A stretch of 64,000 nucleotides of DNA from positions 43,772,001 to 43,836,000 of the forward strand of contig NC_043004.1 of NCBI RefSeq assembly GCF_006345805.1, in the 5' to 3' direction. The notes beneath the pieces are model-generated. The model did no database searches. It worked only from the letters and a program-made list of their open reading frames with translations, and had not been told where the DNA came from. Of the stretch, positions 50,363 to 63,120 are shown piece after piece (position 1 is the stretch's first letter; each line of letters begins with the position of its first letter). Position numbers and translations under genes: made by a program. Source of the stretch: Octopus sinensis. Taxonomy: Eukaryota.

Positions 50363-51800
50363 ATGTGTGTGTGTGTGTATAAACAGAAAAATAAACATAA
50401 TAAAATCAAGTAATTGAAATTAATTTACAACTTTCATATATGCTGTTATCCAAATTCATTGACATATATGCACACTCATGCTCACGTAACACATACTCAC
50501 ATGCACACACACATATACATACATATATGTTATGTATATGTATATATATATATATATGTATATATATGTATGTATATTGCATGTATGTTTATGTATATAT
50601 AATTATATATATATGTAGTGTCGATTAACAGAAATTATGATATTAGATTTGTTGCAGTGTTTGTACTAATAAATAATTCTGTACGGAACATTTTATTAAA
50701 ACGAATATATTTCTTGTGACAGATATAAAAATACGGATAATTCGCAAAGTCTAAGTGTCATGGTTTCAATCTGCTATTATGCGCAACGCATGCATTTTTC
50801 TCGTGTGTCACCTGGATTTAGCATTGCTAATTTCTTTTCCTCTTTTTTGCCCAAGGACAGCGTCTAAAAATATTGTCCATTGATTATATTTGAGATAAGA
50901 CATAATTGCATTTTTGTCTAAGCTGCTATTTTCATATCTCTCAATTTGCCATTTAATATATACAAATGTCAAAGATAAACTTGCAATATCGATATATAAT
51001 CTCGTCCACTATAACGGATGTAGGAATTTCAATTTACTTAATTTAGATGAAAATTCACTTTAATGGCAAGAAATATAGTGATAATTTGAAAGGCAATGTG
51101 ACTGACATTTGTTAGAAGTGTCAGAATTTCGGCGCATATATATGTATATATGTGTGCGTGTGTGTGTGCGTGTGTGTGTTTGTATGTATGTGTGTGTGTG
51201 TGGTGTGTGTATGTGTGTGTGTATGTGTGTGTAAATATGGTATATAAATTAGAAGTGGAAGACTCAATACAATAATATAGTAGCAGTTTCATAGTGGCTG
51301 CAATTGTTTTACCAACATTTCGTTTCGAACCACATTACCGAAAGATGATTATGTGTTATAATTACTATTTTTTTAAAATTTAACCATGCCACTAAGCATT
51401 GTATCCGATATCATATATATATATACTGTTGAACCATAGGAACAATTATAGAGTCCGCAAGTAATTTCTCTCACATAGTCATCTATATGTAATGTGCTTC
51501 AAAGTGGAATGTTACTGAACCACATATAGCCAACTTTAATCTTATTGATATTTTCATTCTCTTTCTTGCTGTATATAACATTGTACGCTATAGTAAGACA
51601 ATATATATAGTACTGAGTTTGTGCACCAATTTGACTTTCTTTAACAGCTGTCTTGAATAGCAAGGTGTATGTGTTGAAGACTGCCCACATAAGCAATGCA
51701 CCTGGACCTTACCCAACGTAGATTTACACTTATACACGTACAGACTGATACACACATATATATAATATTTCAGGTGGTTAGACGGAATTCAAAACACAAT

Positions 51801-52202
51801 AAGAAATAATTCACTGCCATGAAAATGTTACGAAGGGTTCCGGCAGCACCAGCATCGCAAGAAATAAGTAACAGAACGCACATTTTCTATTTATCGACAG
51901 GGGAGACAACCTCCCCACCGCACTTGTGTGGAATTCGATTGGCATGTCAATTTCCTATGAAATGTAAAGCACATTAGTAATGCTAACTGCAACCGCAATG
52001 GAAATAACATTATTGATGAGCATTAATTCAATGTGAAATTGGCATACCGATCTAATACCACCCAATTGCCGTGGGGAGGTTGTCTCCCTTGTTAGTATAT
52101 AGAAAATGTGCTTTTTGTGGCTAAAGGGTACTTTTACTCTTCTCGCAATACTGGTGCTACCTGAACGCTGCGTCACTTTTAGTGGCGGTGAATTATTTCT
52201 TT
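51801..52202. repeat. Old head-to-head inverted repeat (~180-195-bp arms, ~25-bp spacer) with relic hammerhead motifs
   Basis: AAGAAATAATTCAC, GCACATTTTCTAT, GGGAGACAACCTCCCCAC and TTGGCATG blocks are mirrored. The arms are roughly a quarter diverged by eye. Confidence 0.8.
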
Positions 52203-52269
52203 ACACACACACACACGTGTATATGTACGCGTGTGTGTGCGGGTGTGTGTAATTATGAATTACATATAT

Positions 52270-53410
52270 ATATATATACAATATGTTTGAGTTACGTTTG
52301 ACAGGAGGGTGAAATTCAAAACAATATCCCATCCAAAAATAAATATTTTTTTAAAATCAATATATATCGTATAGGTATGGCTTACAGATGACAGTTTCTG
52401 AAATATTTGCCATCCTCATCTGCCATCACGGTGTTAACGAGACACCGGATCCTGGCGCAAGCGTTCTGCACTGTGTCCCGGGCAAGATCCATGTTCTCGT
52501 CCCCCAGCTTAGTGTAGGTGTTACAGGCAGTGCGGTTGGTGTCTTTCTCACATGCATAGCATACATTATAATTGATGAGATTATAATCATCAGAATTTGT
52601 AGTCCAGAAATTGGGACTGGTGATGTAGAAATTCACCGACAACAACTTCTGACTCTTTCTAAAGGTGTTGCAAGGCAACAAATCCTATTACCATATATAC
52701 GGCATTTCATCATCTAAAATCTCCAACCAGGGCTTGACTAGTTTCCAGCAGCTTCACAGAGCCGTCTGAATTAAACCTACGGCACTGTTCGCCTATATGT
52801 GGATGAATTCCGGCGAGCGGGTGCTGACAGGACACCAGTTATGTCCCTTCCTGTGTCGAACCTTTTTGCAGCCTCCGGTTCAGCTGTCCTTGCCACGTCT
52901 TCCAGAGCATCTGGCAGCAGTCTGTATCATCATGATGCAGGCAACACTTTTTTAATATTCAGATGGCCACTAGTACTTCATCCCTTTTCTACATCTCAGT
53001 TGATGTTGAACTTGTTTCCAGTAACAGGGGTCAGCTTGACAGTTCGTATGTGTACATAGTTGTGCTCTTACAGTTTTGAAAGCCAAATGTAATCGCGAGG
53101 ACAGGCACTGGAAATATGTTGTGGGCAATATGCTTGCTGTAATATCTGAGTTCTGACAATAATTCTCTTTAAATTCTCTTAAAACATCCATTCGTTGCAT
53201 TTTCTCCACAGATAGGTCTACCAAAGTTGTATATTTCTTTCACGCGTTGGTACGTACTTGGAGGGTTTTCCCAGAGAGTAAAGGCTGAGTTTTAATGCCG
53301 TTTATTTATTAATTTTGTTACGTTTCCAATCTTTTCCTATCAAAAACGCATATTTTCTCCCACCAAATTTAATTCCAGAGTTTTGTAATTTTATATGCAT
53401 TTACAGGTGA
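52270..53410 (-). pseudogene. Tc1/mariner DD37D (maT-like) transposon relic
   Basis: PHIGEQCRRFNSDGSVKLLET, KPWLE, PYIW**D (QQD), PCNT.RKSQK..S.NFY..SPNFW, EKDTNRTACNT, RDTVQNACAR, GKYF. D-to-D spacing is consistent with 37. Element ends are approximate. Confidence 0.82.
52805..52925 (-). mobile_element. Short RTE-like 3' fragment nested in the DD37D relic
   Basis: This GC-richer extra segment reads R(W)SG(H)VARTAEPEAAKR...PARR, like the RTE RW.GHVAR...AKR...GRP.RRW block. Confidence 0.45.
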
Positions 53411-53777
53411 TTGCACATGTATGTACATATTTATGTGTGCATGCATGGAATACATTGTTCAAGCATAATCGACAGGGGTGAAATTTGATCCTAGATCGCA
53501 GAGTCAATAACCCTTTTGTTGTAATGCGTTTCATTAAGCATATATCCAAGGTTTCTTTTTTTCCCCTATTTTGATAAGTCAAATCGTTACCTTAACCTCC
53601 AGAATAGATATTGACAAATGATAAAATAACCGGTCAATGTTTGGTTAATCAAATAAAGAAGGAAGCCAAGATGTGAGAGCGTGACGAAGACACAGGGATA
53701 GAGAGAACGATAAAAAGAGAAAAGGAGAAATTAAAAGAAATGTGGTCAGTGTTCTCTTCTTCTCTTCCCGTTCCCAT

Positions 53778-53813
<36 letters not shown>

Positions 53814-54317
53814 AAAAAAGAGAAGTTTTGAATGGTTATAGATTGATCAGCAATGATTATTAACGAAACGCGAGAAGAGCAAAAATATAGCTAAATCAAT
53901 AAAATTATATCAAAGAAGGGCGTGAACCATGTATAATTCATAAGAATAATCGGACTGTAATATTTGTTATAATTTGGGGATGAAATTGTATCAGAATTAA
54001 TTGTTCAGCTTCACAGAAGCATACGTGTGAAGTAATGGGTAAACATTACAAAGTCAAAACGAACAAGCTTTGAAGTTAACTAGCGTTATTTAGACCAATA
54101 GAGTCGAATACTTGAAATTTTATATGATTATTTATGCTATGTTTTTGATAGTTATTTTTGTGCGATCTTATGTTCTTGTTTTGGTCTTTTTCTTTGTATT
54201 TTTGAAAAATAGTTTTGTACAAGACAGAAGGAAAATTAATAATGTGACTGTTGATCGATTATCGATTTTCTCTTGAGATGTGAAAGACACAGTGATTATT
54301 CACATGTGCCTGTATGC

Positions 54318-54384
<67 letters not shown>

Positions 54385-55147
54385 AATATGCGTATGTATA
54401 TGTATATGTGTGTATAAATGTGCGTATGTATATGTATATGTGTGCGTGTGTATTTGTATGTATATGTACGTATGTGTGTTTCTGTGTATATATGTAGGTT
54501 TTTATAAAATCAGATATGTATGCCTATGTAAGTTGATAAATATGGAAGAGAAAGAGAAAAAGAAAGAGGCAGGACAGTAGAGGTAGAGAGGCAAAAACAA
54601 AGAGGCTGAGGAAATCATTTCGTGTCAGAGTTACAAAACGCGTTAGCTTCGATCTACTAACTACAAAAGCGAAATTGTGACCCATATTATAGTAGTGCTC
54701 ACTCATATTGCGATGTTGATAATGATTAGGAGGAGGATGATGTTGGTGACGCTGATGAAGACGGCAAAGTTGATGACGAAGAACAATGATATACACCAAC
54801 AATGAAGAACCGCATTAAAATCGGAAGGGAAATTATAAATTCACTTAAAATTATATTACATGTTGCACTTAGAGATAGTGCTCATTTCTTTCAGCCACTG
54901 TTCTTACTACTGCAGATCTTTCTAAATGTTGTATATACACAAGCTGCATAAATGACTGTACTTGGTTAACCCCATGCACAACCTACTTCGATTGTTCATC
55001 CGAAAATAGATGAAGATAAGACGATAACCCGCACCAAATGGAAGGGTTTATAAAAAGATAATAAAATCCATCCCATGAACACTGTCAATCATTTCTGTGA
55101 TAGAATATGCATACATTTAAACATTCATGCATTCATACATACATTAT

Positions 55148-55530
55148 AGACGTAGGAGTGGCTGTGTGGTAAGTAGCTTGCTTAACAACCACATGGTTCC
55201 GGGTTTAGTCCCATTGCGTGGCATCGTGGGCAAGTGCCTTTTACTATAGCCTCGGGCCGACCAAAGCCTTACGAGTGCATTTGGTAGATGGAAATTGAAA
55301 GAAGCCCGTCGTATAAAGGTATATATATATGTGTGTATTTGTGTGTCTGTGTTCGTCCCCCTAGCATTGCTTGATAACCAATGCTGGTGTGGTTAGAGGT
55401 TCGGCAGTAGAGACCGATAGAATAAGTACTAGGCTTACAAAGTATAAGTCTTGGGGTCGATTTGCTCGACTAAAGGAGGTGCTCCAGCATCGCCGCAGTC
55501 AAATGACTGAAACAAGCAAAAGAGCAATGA
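55148..55530 (+). mobile_element. SINE family 1
   Basis: Colinear with 48773-49177, with one internal deletion. Confidence 0.9.
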
Positions 55531-55533
55531 GCA

Positions 55534-55756
55534 TACCCCCAAACTGATGAAACGTTCCTGGTTTTGGGTTGAAAGAAAATAGAGGAGGATCAATTAATTA
55601 TGATTATATTCAACATATCCCCTTCTTAAATTCACACATTTGTTGCATCGGTCTTTCAGGTTCTCTAAGTCCTGTAAATGAACACAGAAGGTTGGACCTC
55701 CAACCATACACTTCGCGATACCCTTAAAGCCAGGAACTTTCTAGTACCCTGTCATA
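55534..55756 (-). mobile_element. Mariner-derived MITE / deletion derivative
   Basis: Imperfect TIRs (...GAAACGTTCCTGGTTTT at left, AAAGCCAGGAACTTTC at right). The interior encodes a frameshifted mariner C-terminus (WLEVQPS...LKDRCNKCVNLRRGYVE*). Confidence 0.6.
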
Positions 55757-55759
55757 TGA

Positions 55760-56175
55760 TGGTGACTGGGAAATTACACACGCCGCAAATTTACATCAAT
55801 TTCTTTCGCGCAGTAATTCGAGATCGTTGCCTAAGTGTACACACTATGCTTCAGCTTTTAGCTGTACGTCTTTAATACCGTCTCTGGGGATTTGTAATGT
55901 CATTATCATCGCCAATGTTCATATTCTCGAATGAAAACTAATTGGCTTAATTCCTAGTAATGATTCTAGGTGATGGATTATCCTTAAAATCATAATTTGT
56001 TGTAGATTTTAGCTGCAATTATTGATAAACTATTGCCATCCTATTATTAGGTATACAAAAAATTTATTTCTGAAATATTGGCACCTAGCCACTTTCATTT
56101 AAGTAGAGGTTTTCTCTTGACGGAAGGTATTATTACTCACTTGAAGTAGTGAATCCAAAAGAGCTTCAGCTTTTC
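55760..56175 (-). pseudogene. RTE-like RT fragment
   Basis: SIIAAKIYNK(fs)MILRIIHHLESLL, then LAMIMTLQ..RDGIKDVQL, matching S.AAKIYNK.IL.RI...L...LR..Q.GFR. Confidence 0.65.
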
Positions 56176-56214
56176 TATCCATACATCCACCCATACATCC
56201 ATCCATCTATCCAT

Positions 56215-56272
<58 letters not shown>

Positions 56273-56280
<8 letters not shown>

Positions 56281-57470
56281 ATTAGGGCTTAGAAAATTAA
56301 TTACTTTGCCACATACTGAACTTAGTAGAAATAGCAGCCAAACAAAATTTTTTTAGCCGTTTCTACTACTTAAAGGAAATTTCTCTCAGATAATGTTTAC
56401 TCCAGACAGCTCACGAAGGTTTGGAGGTAAATACAGAAAAATATCACAAGTACATAGATCGTTTGAGTACGTCAACGTTTCAAGATTAGCCAAGTAAAAT
56501 CAGCATTTCTTTCGTCAGCTCAAAATTTCTTAATTTGGATTTGGAAACACTAAAAAGAAGGAACCTTACCTATCTGCGAACTTGTCGCTTCAAATGAACC
56601 AGCTCCAACTGACAGTGCCAACAAATTCAAAATGCGCAGGCGTAAATTTCTGCACCCCTTTTCCACCCACGTGGTCTATCTAGCAAACATTATATTTTAA
56701 CCGCGAGAACCGAGGCAGTATGACAGAGAGAAATGAATTATAATATCAACAATTGAGGGTAAAATTAATTAATCAATTTCACCAAGTGTTCAGTATGTAA
56801 AAGGACCATTTAAGGCGAATTCAAAATATTACATTATATAATTAGGGCTTAGTAAAATAAATTACTTTGCCACATACTGAACTTAGTAGAAATAGCAGCC
56901 AAAAAAAAATTTTGTTAGCCGTTTCTACTACTTAAAGAAAATTTCTCTCAGATAAAGTTTACTCAGATAATATATGTGGCAAAGTAATTTATTTTACTAA
57001 GCCCTAATTATATAATGTAATATTTTGAATTCGCCTTAAATGGTCCTTTTACATACTGAACACTTGGTGAAATTGATTAATTAATTTTACCCTCAATTGT
57101 TGATATTATAATTCATTTCTCTCTGCCATACTGCCTCGGTTCTCGCGGTTAAAATATAATGTTTGCTAGATAGACCACGTGGGTGGAAAAGGAGTGCAGA
57201 AATTTACGTACTCAAACGATCTATGTACTTGTGATATTTTTCTGTATTTACCTCCAAACCTTCGTGAGCTGTCTGGAGTAAACATTATCTGAGAGAAATT
57301 TTCTTTAAGTAGTAGAAACGGCTGAAAAAAAAAAGTTCAGTATGTGGCAAAGTAATTTATTTTACTAAGCCCTAATTATATAATGTAATATTTTGAATTC
57401 GACTTAAATGGTCCTTTTACATACTGAACACTTGGTGAAATTGATTAATTAATTTTACCCTCAATTGTTG

Positions 57471-57474
<4 letters not shown>
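56273..57474. repeat. 560-bp tandem unit that folds back into an inverted, internally deleted copy; (TA)n at both ends
   Basis: The unit restarts at 56281 and 56841. The inverted arm spans 56973-57474 and lacks 56473-56643 and a further ~20 bp. A few substitutions distinguish the arms. Confidence 0.92.
56462..56524 (-). ncRNA. Type I hammerhead ribozyme, complete
   Basis: UUUGAG-CUGACGA-AAGA-(22 nt)-UCUU-GAA-ACG-UUGA-CGU-A^CUCAAA. Stem I is 6 bp, all core nucleotides are canonical, and the predicted GUA cut lies between 56468 and 56467. Confidence 0.8.
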
Positions 57475-57501
<27 letters not shown>

Positions 57502-57517
57502 GCGTACGTACCCTCTC

Positions 57518-57580
<63 letters not shown>

Positions 57581-57620
57581 CGTACGTACCCGCTCTTATA
57601 TGTATATATATATATATACA
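57475..57620. repeat. (TA)n with duplicated TAGCGTACGTACCC..TATATG block
   Basis: The block occurs at ~57499 and ~57578. Confidence 0.85.
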
Positions 57621-57885
57621 TGAAAATGGATGCGTGGAGTTCAATCAGATAATAATATAAATAATATATGTGTGTGTGCATGTGCGTGTGTGTGAGCATG
57701 TTGTAAAGAACCTCCATATTTGGTTGCGTCCGGTTTCCTTGTATATCTCCATTGTCCTGCTTTTGTTCCCAACTTTAACCCTTCATAATTCGGATCAACT
57801 GGAACCCTCGTCGCCTTAAGTGATGGAGTGCCAGTATACAGTGTATATGTATATGTATATCTATCTATCTATCTATCTATCTATA

Positions 57886-57926
<41 letters not shown>

Positions 57927-57936
57927 CTCTCTCTCT

Positions 57937-58005
<69 letters not shown>

Positions 58006-58685
58006 ACATATGCGCACATACATACATATATGTGTGCGTAACTAGACCTTGAGATCCTATCATTTTGGCGCTGTATGCATAAAAAGCAAACAAATCGTAA
58101 CACCTCACTATCGTATTTTATGAGCATTATGTGTAAGTAATGATTACTTTATTAGGATCGATTGCAAATAACCCATACCCCCATACACACACATGCATCA
58201 TTACATCCGTGGTGGCAAATATTTTTCATTGATAGGGTAGGTACTCCTATATTTGCTTTGGTTTTAACATAGCTTAGTTGAGTTATTATTTCATTGCTTC
58301 GAATTGAAGATTACGTGCGAGTTTATATGTGTCTAAACTTGCACATAGTTAAACGCACTTAAGCATATGAACCAAAAGGCCTACACACATACATATATAT
58401 GTATAGCAGGAAGTAAGTATACATGTCTGGTGCATAATTTATAATATATTGAAGATTGCACCATGGCTCACCTATCGGTTACAAACAACACGTTGTCATA
58501 ACCATCAACTACCTAAATTCTGAGTTTCTGAAAATTGCAATGACTACTGCTGATCTGGATATATCAACAATGATTCAATACAATAGAAATTATGAAAGTA
58601 TATCAAATATACACAAGAGAAAATTGCCTCCATTCCCATAATAGAAAACTTGACAAATGAAAATCCCTTTAAATTAATTTTAATA

Positions 58686-59084
58686 TTTTTATATATAAAA
58701 GTGAGGTTGTGTGCTGTCTGTCTCCTACGATTTAGATTCCTAACTACTCCCACATTTTGCGGTGCAGTTTAACCAAAACCGGGTATCTTATAATCGTGAT
58801 TCATATCGAGCCCTTCTAGGTATTAGCGCGCGTCTACGATGAATCTACGATTTAAAAAAATAATTACCATCAATGTTTCCCATTTTTAATGCATTTTTGG
58901 CATATATAAGGGAAGTAACTCTCTAAAAATTTATCATTAAATCTCAGAACGTAAAAAGCTACAGTAAGCCCCCCCCCCATTTGTGGTTAGCCATATTGAG
59001 ATGGCTATTATACTTTACATCTCTAAAACTGCTTATATAGTTATTTCCCTTACAAACCCGAGCAACGCCGGGCGATACTGCTAG
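58686..59084 (+). mobile_element. Non-autonomous Helitron-like element (~400 bp)
   Basis: The 3' hairpin CCCGAGC-AAC-GCCGGG (59057-59072) is followed by CTAG (59081-59084) and T. The 5' end A|TTTTTATATATAAAA resembles a decayed TCTATATATATAAAA. Confidence 0.75.
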
Positions 59085-59528
59085 TTAAATAATAAGTTTA
59101 GAATATAATCACTTTATAACAATGCCTTTTCTGGACAGCCTTACTACTTGCCTTCAGGTCTGTCCATAGAGACAGAGCCCAAAATTACTATATTCTTTCC
59201 CCAATTAAATTAGTTGTGTATATTTGAAGCATATAACACATTTGCAATGTGCCACGCAGTGGGACTGAATCCGGAACCATGTGGTTTGTAAGCAAGCTAC
59301 TTACCACACAGCCATTCCTGCGCCTGTGGCTTTATTGTTAATAAATTTAAAATTAAAATTAAAAGTAATATAAAATATAATGACTTAAAATGCAGCCCTT
59401 TCTGATCAGCCCTACTACATGATTCAGTACTGCTCATAGAGACACAGTCACAAGTGGCTACATTTTATTGAATAATTTAGGTTGTTTAAAACAAAAATTA
59501 ATATGAAATTATTTATAAAAGCAAGTAA

Positions 59529-59636
59529 TCCCCCCAAATCCACATGCCCCAAACCCACACCCTCCAAACCTACACCCCCCCAACAAACATCACCCCCAAA
59601 CCCACATCCTCTTCAAACCCACATCCCCCAAACCCT
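59529..59636 (+). repeat. C-rich ~15-bp minisatellite (CCCCCAAACCCACAT-like, ~7 copies)
   Basis: Direct inspection. Confidence 0.8.
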
Positions 59637-61099
59637 TCATTGGAAAGCTGAAAAGCTGGATTATTAAACAAACATTTTTACTTGATTTTAACATTGTAGC
59701 ATTAAGAATCCCAATACGAAGGCAGATTAAATGTCAATGAAATTATGAATGTGAAATATTTATGAGTGTGTAAATTTTATTTGTTAATCGATATACAACT
59801 ATACAAATTTTTTTTTTTAATTTAATGGGAGCAAAACCAAGAAATTCCTAGTGCTGTCGTTCATAATTTTTTCCTTACTTCAATGATGCCGGTGACATAT
59901 TTTAAAAGTCCCCTTCTTCATAAAATGTACAGAACTATACTCTCACCCTCGAATTTGAGAAACAAACACTCATGACGTTTTCTTAGAAACTCATTGCATG
60001 AGATTGTTACCATGAAATTCCTTGAATTGAGCTCTATTATTTAAGCGTAATTAAAATATAGTTTGTTTTAAAATAAAAAAAAAACGTTAATTATACTTGA
60101 ATCCAATTTTCTTACCTTAATTTTTCCTGATATTTTACTCACAACTTTTTTAATGCAAATTTTTGTTGCAAGGGACAAAAACTATGAAATTCCTCATACT
60201 TTTTTCTGTCATTTAATTTAAGATAAATATAGTTTATTTTTAAAATAAAAACTTTATTTAAATCTAAACTTGGCAGGAAGCGTTACTTACTCTCCTATAA
60301 CGTTGCTGCAAATTTTGTTGTAAACTTTTTTTCAGCTGGAGTAAATCTCAATTCTTAATGCCAAAATATACCTATGGACCAGCCCTCTTCAAAAATGTTA
60401 ACAGTTTTCAATTTGGTTAATAACTGAATCACGAACAAAGTATGAACGAAGCTGCATGTGTGTAAATTGCGGCTTTAAGAATATTATTCAACTACTACCA
60501 CAGTTGAATGAATTATATATGTATATACACACACAAAAAAGAAAGTTCTTGGTACAGTATTATATATTTGAAAAAATGAGTAGAGATGTTTGGGGAATAT
60601 TTTTTATTTTGATAAATAATAAGTGAATGACTCTGGTATGAGTTTCAAGTTTAAAAATAGCCGTTCTTAAACTGAAAGATGTATGTTTTACTGATTGCTT
60701 AAATAGCAAAAATCATTTTTACCCGTATACACACAAAAGAATATGCACAAGAAAGGGGAAAATATATTTAAAAATGCAAAATCATGTGTGTAGAAGATGA
60801 AGCATGTGTATATACACCATACCTGGTGTGAGAACTGAATTGGCAACCTCAAATCAGTAGGCATCCCACCGGGAATATTTTAACAACTCACAACAATATT
60901 GACCACTCGAAGATATGACATGCCTTTATTTTTGATGGACCTAACTCTCCTTCCTCCTCCATTCTCAATTACTATTAATCTTATCTTCATTTTTATCGTT
61001 ATCTTTCTCTTCATAATTATTTAAAATTTTATCTTCTTTATTTTGTCCCTTCTTCGCCTTATTTCTTCTTTTATTTCCTTCTTTCTTCGCGTCCTTGAT

Positions 61100-61568
61100 G
61101 TTGTTGCTGTTGTCTTCTTCTTCCAATCAGGACTCACGCAATTAGCCACAAAGAATAATCTTCAATTCGAGCCTACTCTAAGCTACTAAAAATGCGTGTG
61201 GCAACTTGAAGATCCACCCACCACATGCGATAGACTGGCGGTACACGGGCGCGAAAGCTACGTTGTTATCCTCATTCCGTAAACGGTGGCTTTTAACGAG
61301 TGGAGAGCTGAACCGTCCTGTGGTACAGAGGATTCGCAATCTAGACTAGGTCTGAAAGTTTGCCACACCATAGTGGGTTATACCATGGTTCCGAGTGAGA
61401 GAAAGTTGTTGGGAAAGAGTACAGCGGGGTTCACTACCCCTCCCTACCGGAGTTTCGTGGAGCTTAGGTGTTCCTGCTCAATAAACTCTCACAACGCCGG
61501 TCTGGGAATCGAAACGGCGTTCTTACGACCGCGAGTCCGCTGCCCTCACCAATGGGCCATTGCGCCTC
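61100..61568 (-). mobile_element. SINE family 4 with a long alternative 3' part
   Basis: The head GAGGCGCAATGGCCCA...GTTTCGATTCCC and the body GCTGTACTCTTT...CAACTTTCTCTCACT are shared with 35706. The remainder differs, and the 3' limit is approximate. Confidence 0.75.
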
Positions 61569-61639
61569 CACATGTTGCTGTTGTTGTTGTTGTTCTTCTT
61601 CTTCTTTTTCTTTTTTCCTCTACTACACACATACTTTTG

Positions 61640-61699
<60 letters not shown>

Positions 61700-61752
61700 T
61701 ATATATAATATATATATATATGTATATATATATGTATATATATATATATATA
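61640..61752. repeat. (TA)n
   Basis: Direct inspection. Confidence 0.95.
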
Positions 61753-62356
61753 TTTCCCTCTTTTGTGTATTTTTTCTGCGTACTCTTTTAAGAATAATTC
61801 TTTTGCTACATAAGCAACCAGTAAAACATGCATTTTCACGTTGAAACGGCTACTTGAAACTCATACCTGAGTCACTTGTTGTAAAAAACCTTATTGTTCA
61901 AGTAAAAATTTAAGCCCTCCCAAAAGCCATCTCTGATGATTTTTTAGGTATATTATGTATGTACGGTCCCTGTCTTGTTTGACAACCATATTCTTCACGC
62001 GTAACTATAAAATATGTTTCGATCATTATTTATACTATTGTAGTCGCATGTCTCACTTCTGATTGACCCGTTGTACTATTGCGAGTACTTGGATCCGAGT
62101 TTGGCAAGTGACGTGTTTTGGCTTTTCATACGCTTCCTGTGTATGCAATGATAAAATTTATTGCTTAGGACCGTTTCCCCCTAGCGTTTTATACATTGCC
62201 GCCAGTGTAATTTTTCTTCAATTCATATTATAGCAGTTTTACTTTACTCGTGAGTTATCCTCATACACTCAATTCACACTTGGTCTTAATAAATATATTG
62301 GTATTTAACATCTACCTGCATGTAAACATACATACACAAACGCACACAGACACACA

Positions 62357-62406
<50 letters not shown>

Positions 62407-63120
62407 AGTACACATACACGTTCACACATATGTCCACTCGGATAGCCAGCAGGTTTATTAGAAAATAAATATTAGTGACAGAACAGAATTAATACGTTGA
62501 GTCATTCACATATATCGTACACGAGTGAAATCGTTTGGCATGGCTGCTAGAAGAGGCAGATCCTGTGATTGTGTTTAAAAATACCTCTTGGTTATTTGCG
62601 AGCGTATTAGTCCATTGTTATTCAATAAATTTGTTCAAGGCGTTTCCCCAGCATGGATGCACTCTAATGACTGACACAATTAAAAGGACACAATATGTGT
62701 TTGTGTGTATGCGTTTGTGTGCATGTGTTTGAGGGCGCATGAATATGTGTATGTGCGTGCGCAAGTATATGTATATCTGTGTGTATATACATGTATGTAA
62801 CAGAAGCAAATTATGTGGACTGAGAGAATCATGCAGTTATATGTTTCTATGCTTGTATATGTATCTACATATGCATAGATATATAGAATATATATACATA
62901 TTTATTGATGTCTATATATACATACACACATACACGTACATATATGCAAGTGTATGTATACACACACACACACACACACATATATAATATATATATATAT
63001 ATATTATATATATATAAAATTATAAATGAGGGTGAAAAATCGATATTAATTAATAATACCGTCAATTTAACACCAAGTGGCTTAGCACAAAAAACTACGG
63101 AGGAAATACAAATTTATACA

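Noticed and set aside
52382-52681. Cys-rich ORF (CYAC...C...CARIRC...YFRNC) ending at a GTAAG donor, resembling a Ly6/three-finger exon
   Set aside because: It is colinear with 36.7-37.0k and matches the DD37D transposase C-terminus (W..NSPD.N..DY, CNT..L, AC.R). Upstream in-frame stops sit at the QQD motif.
55534-55580. CTGATGAAACGTT as a hammerhead core
   Set aside because: No proper stem II or stem III, and the sequence is explained as the degenerate left TIR of the mariner derivative.
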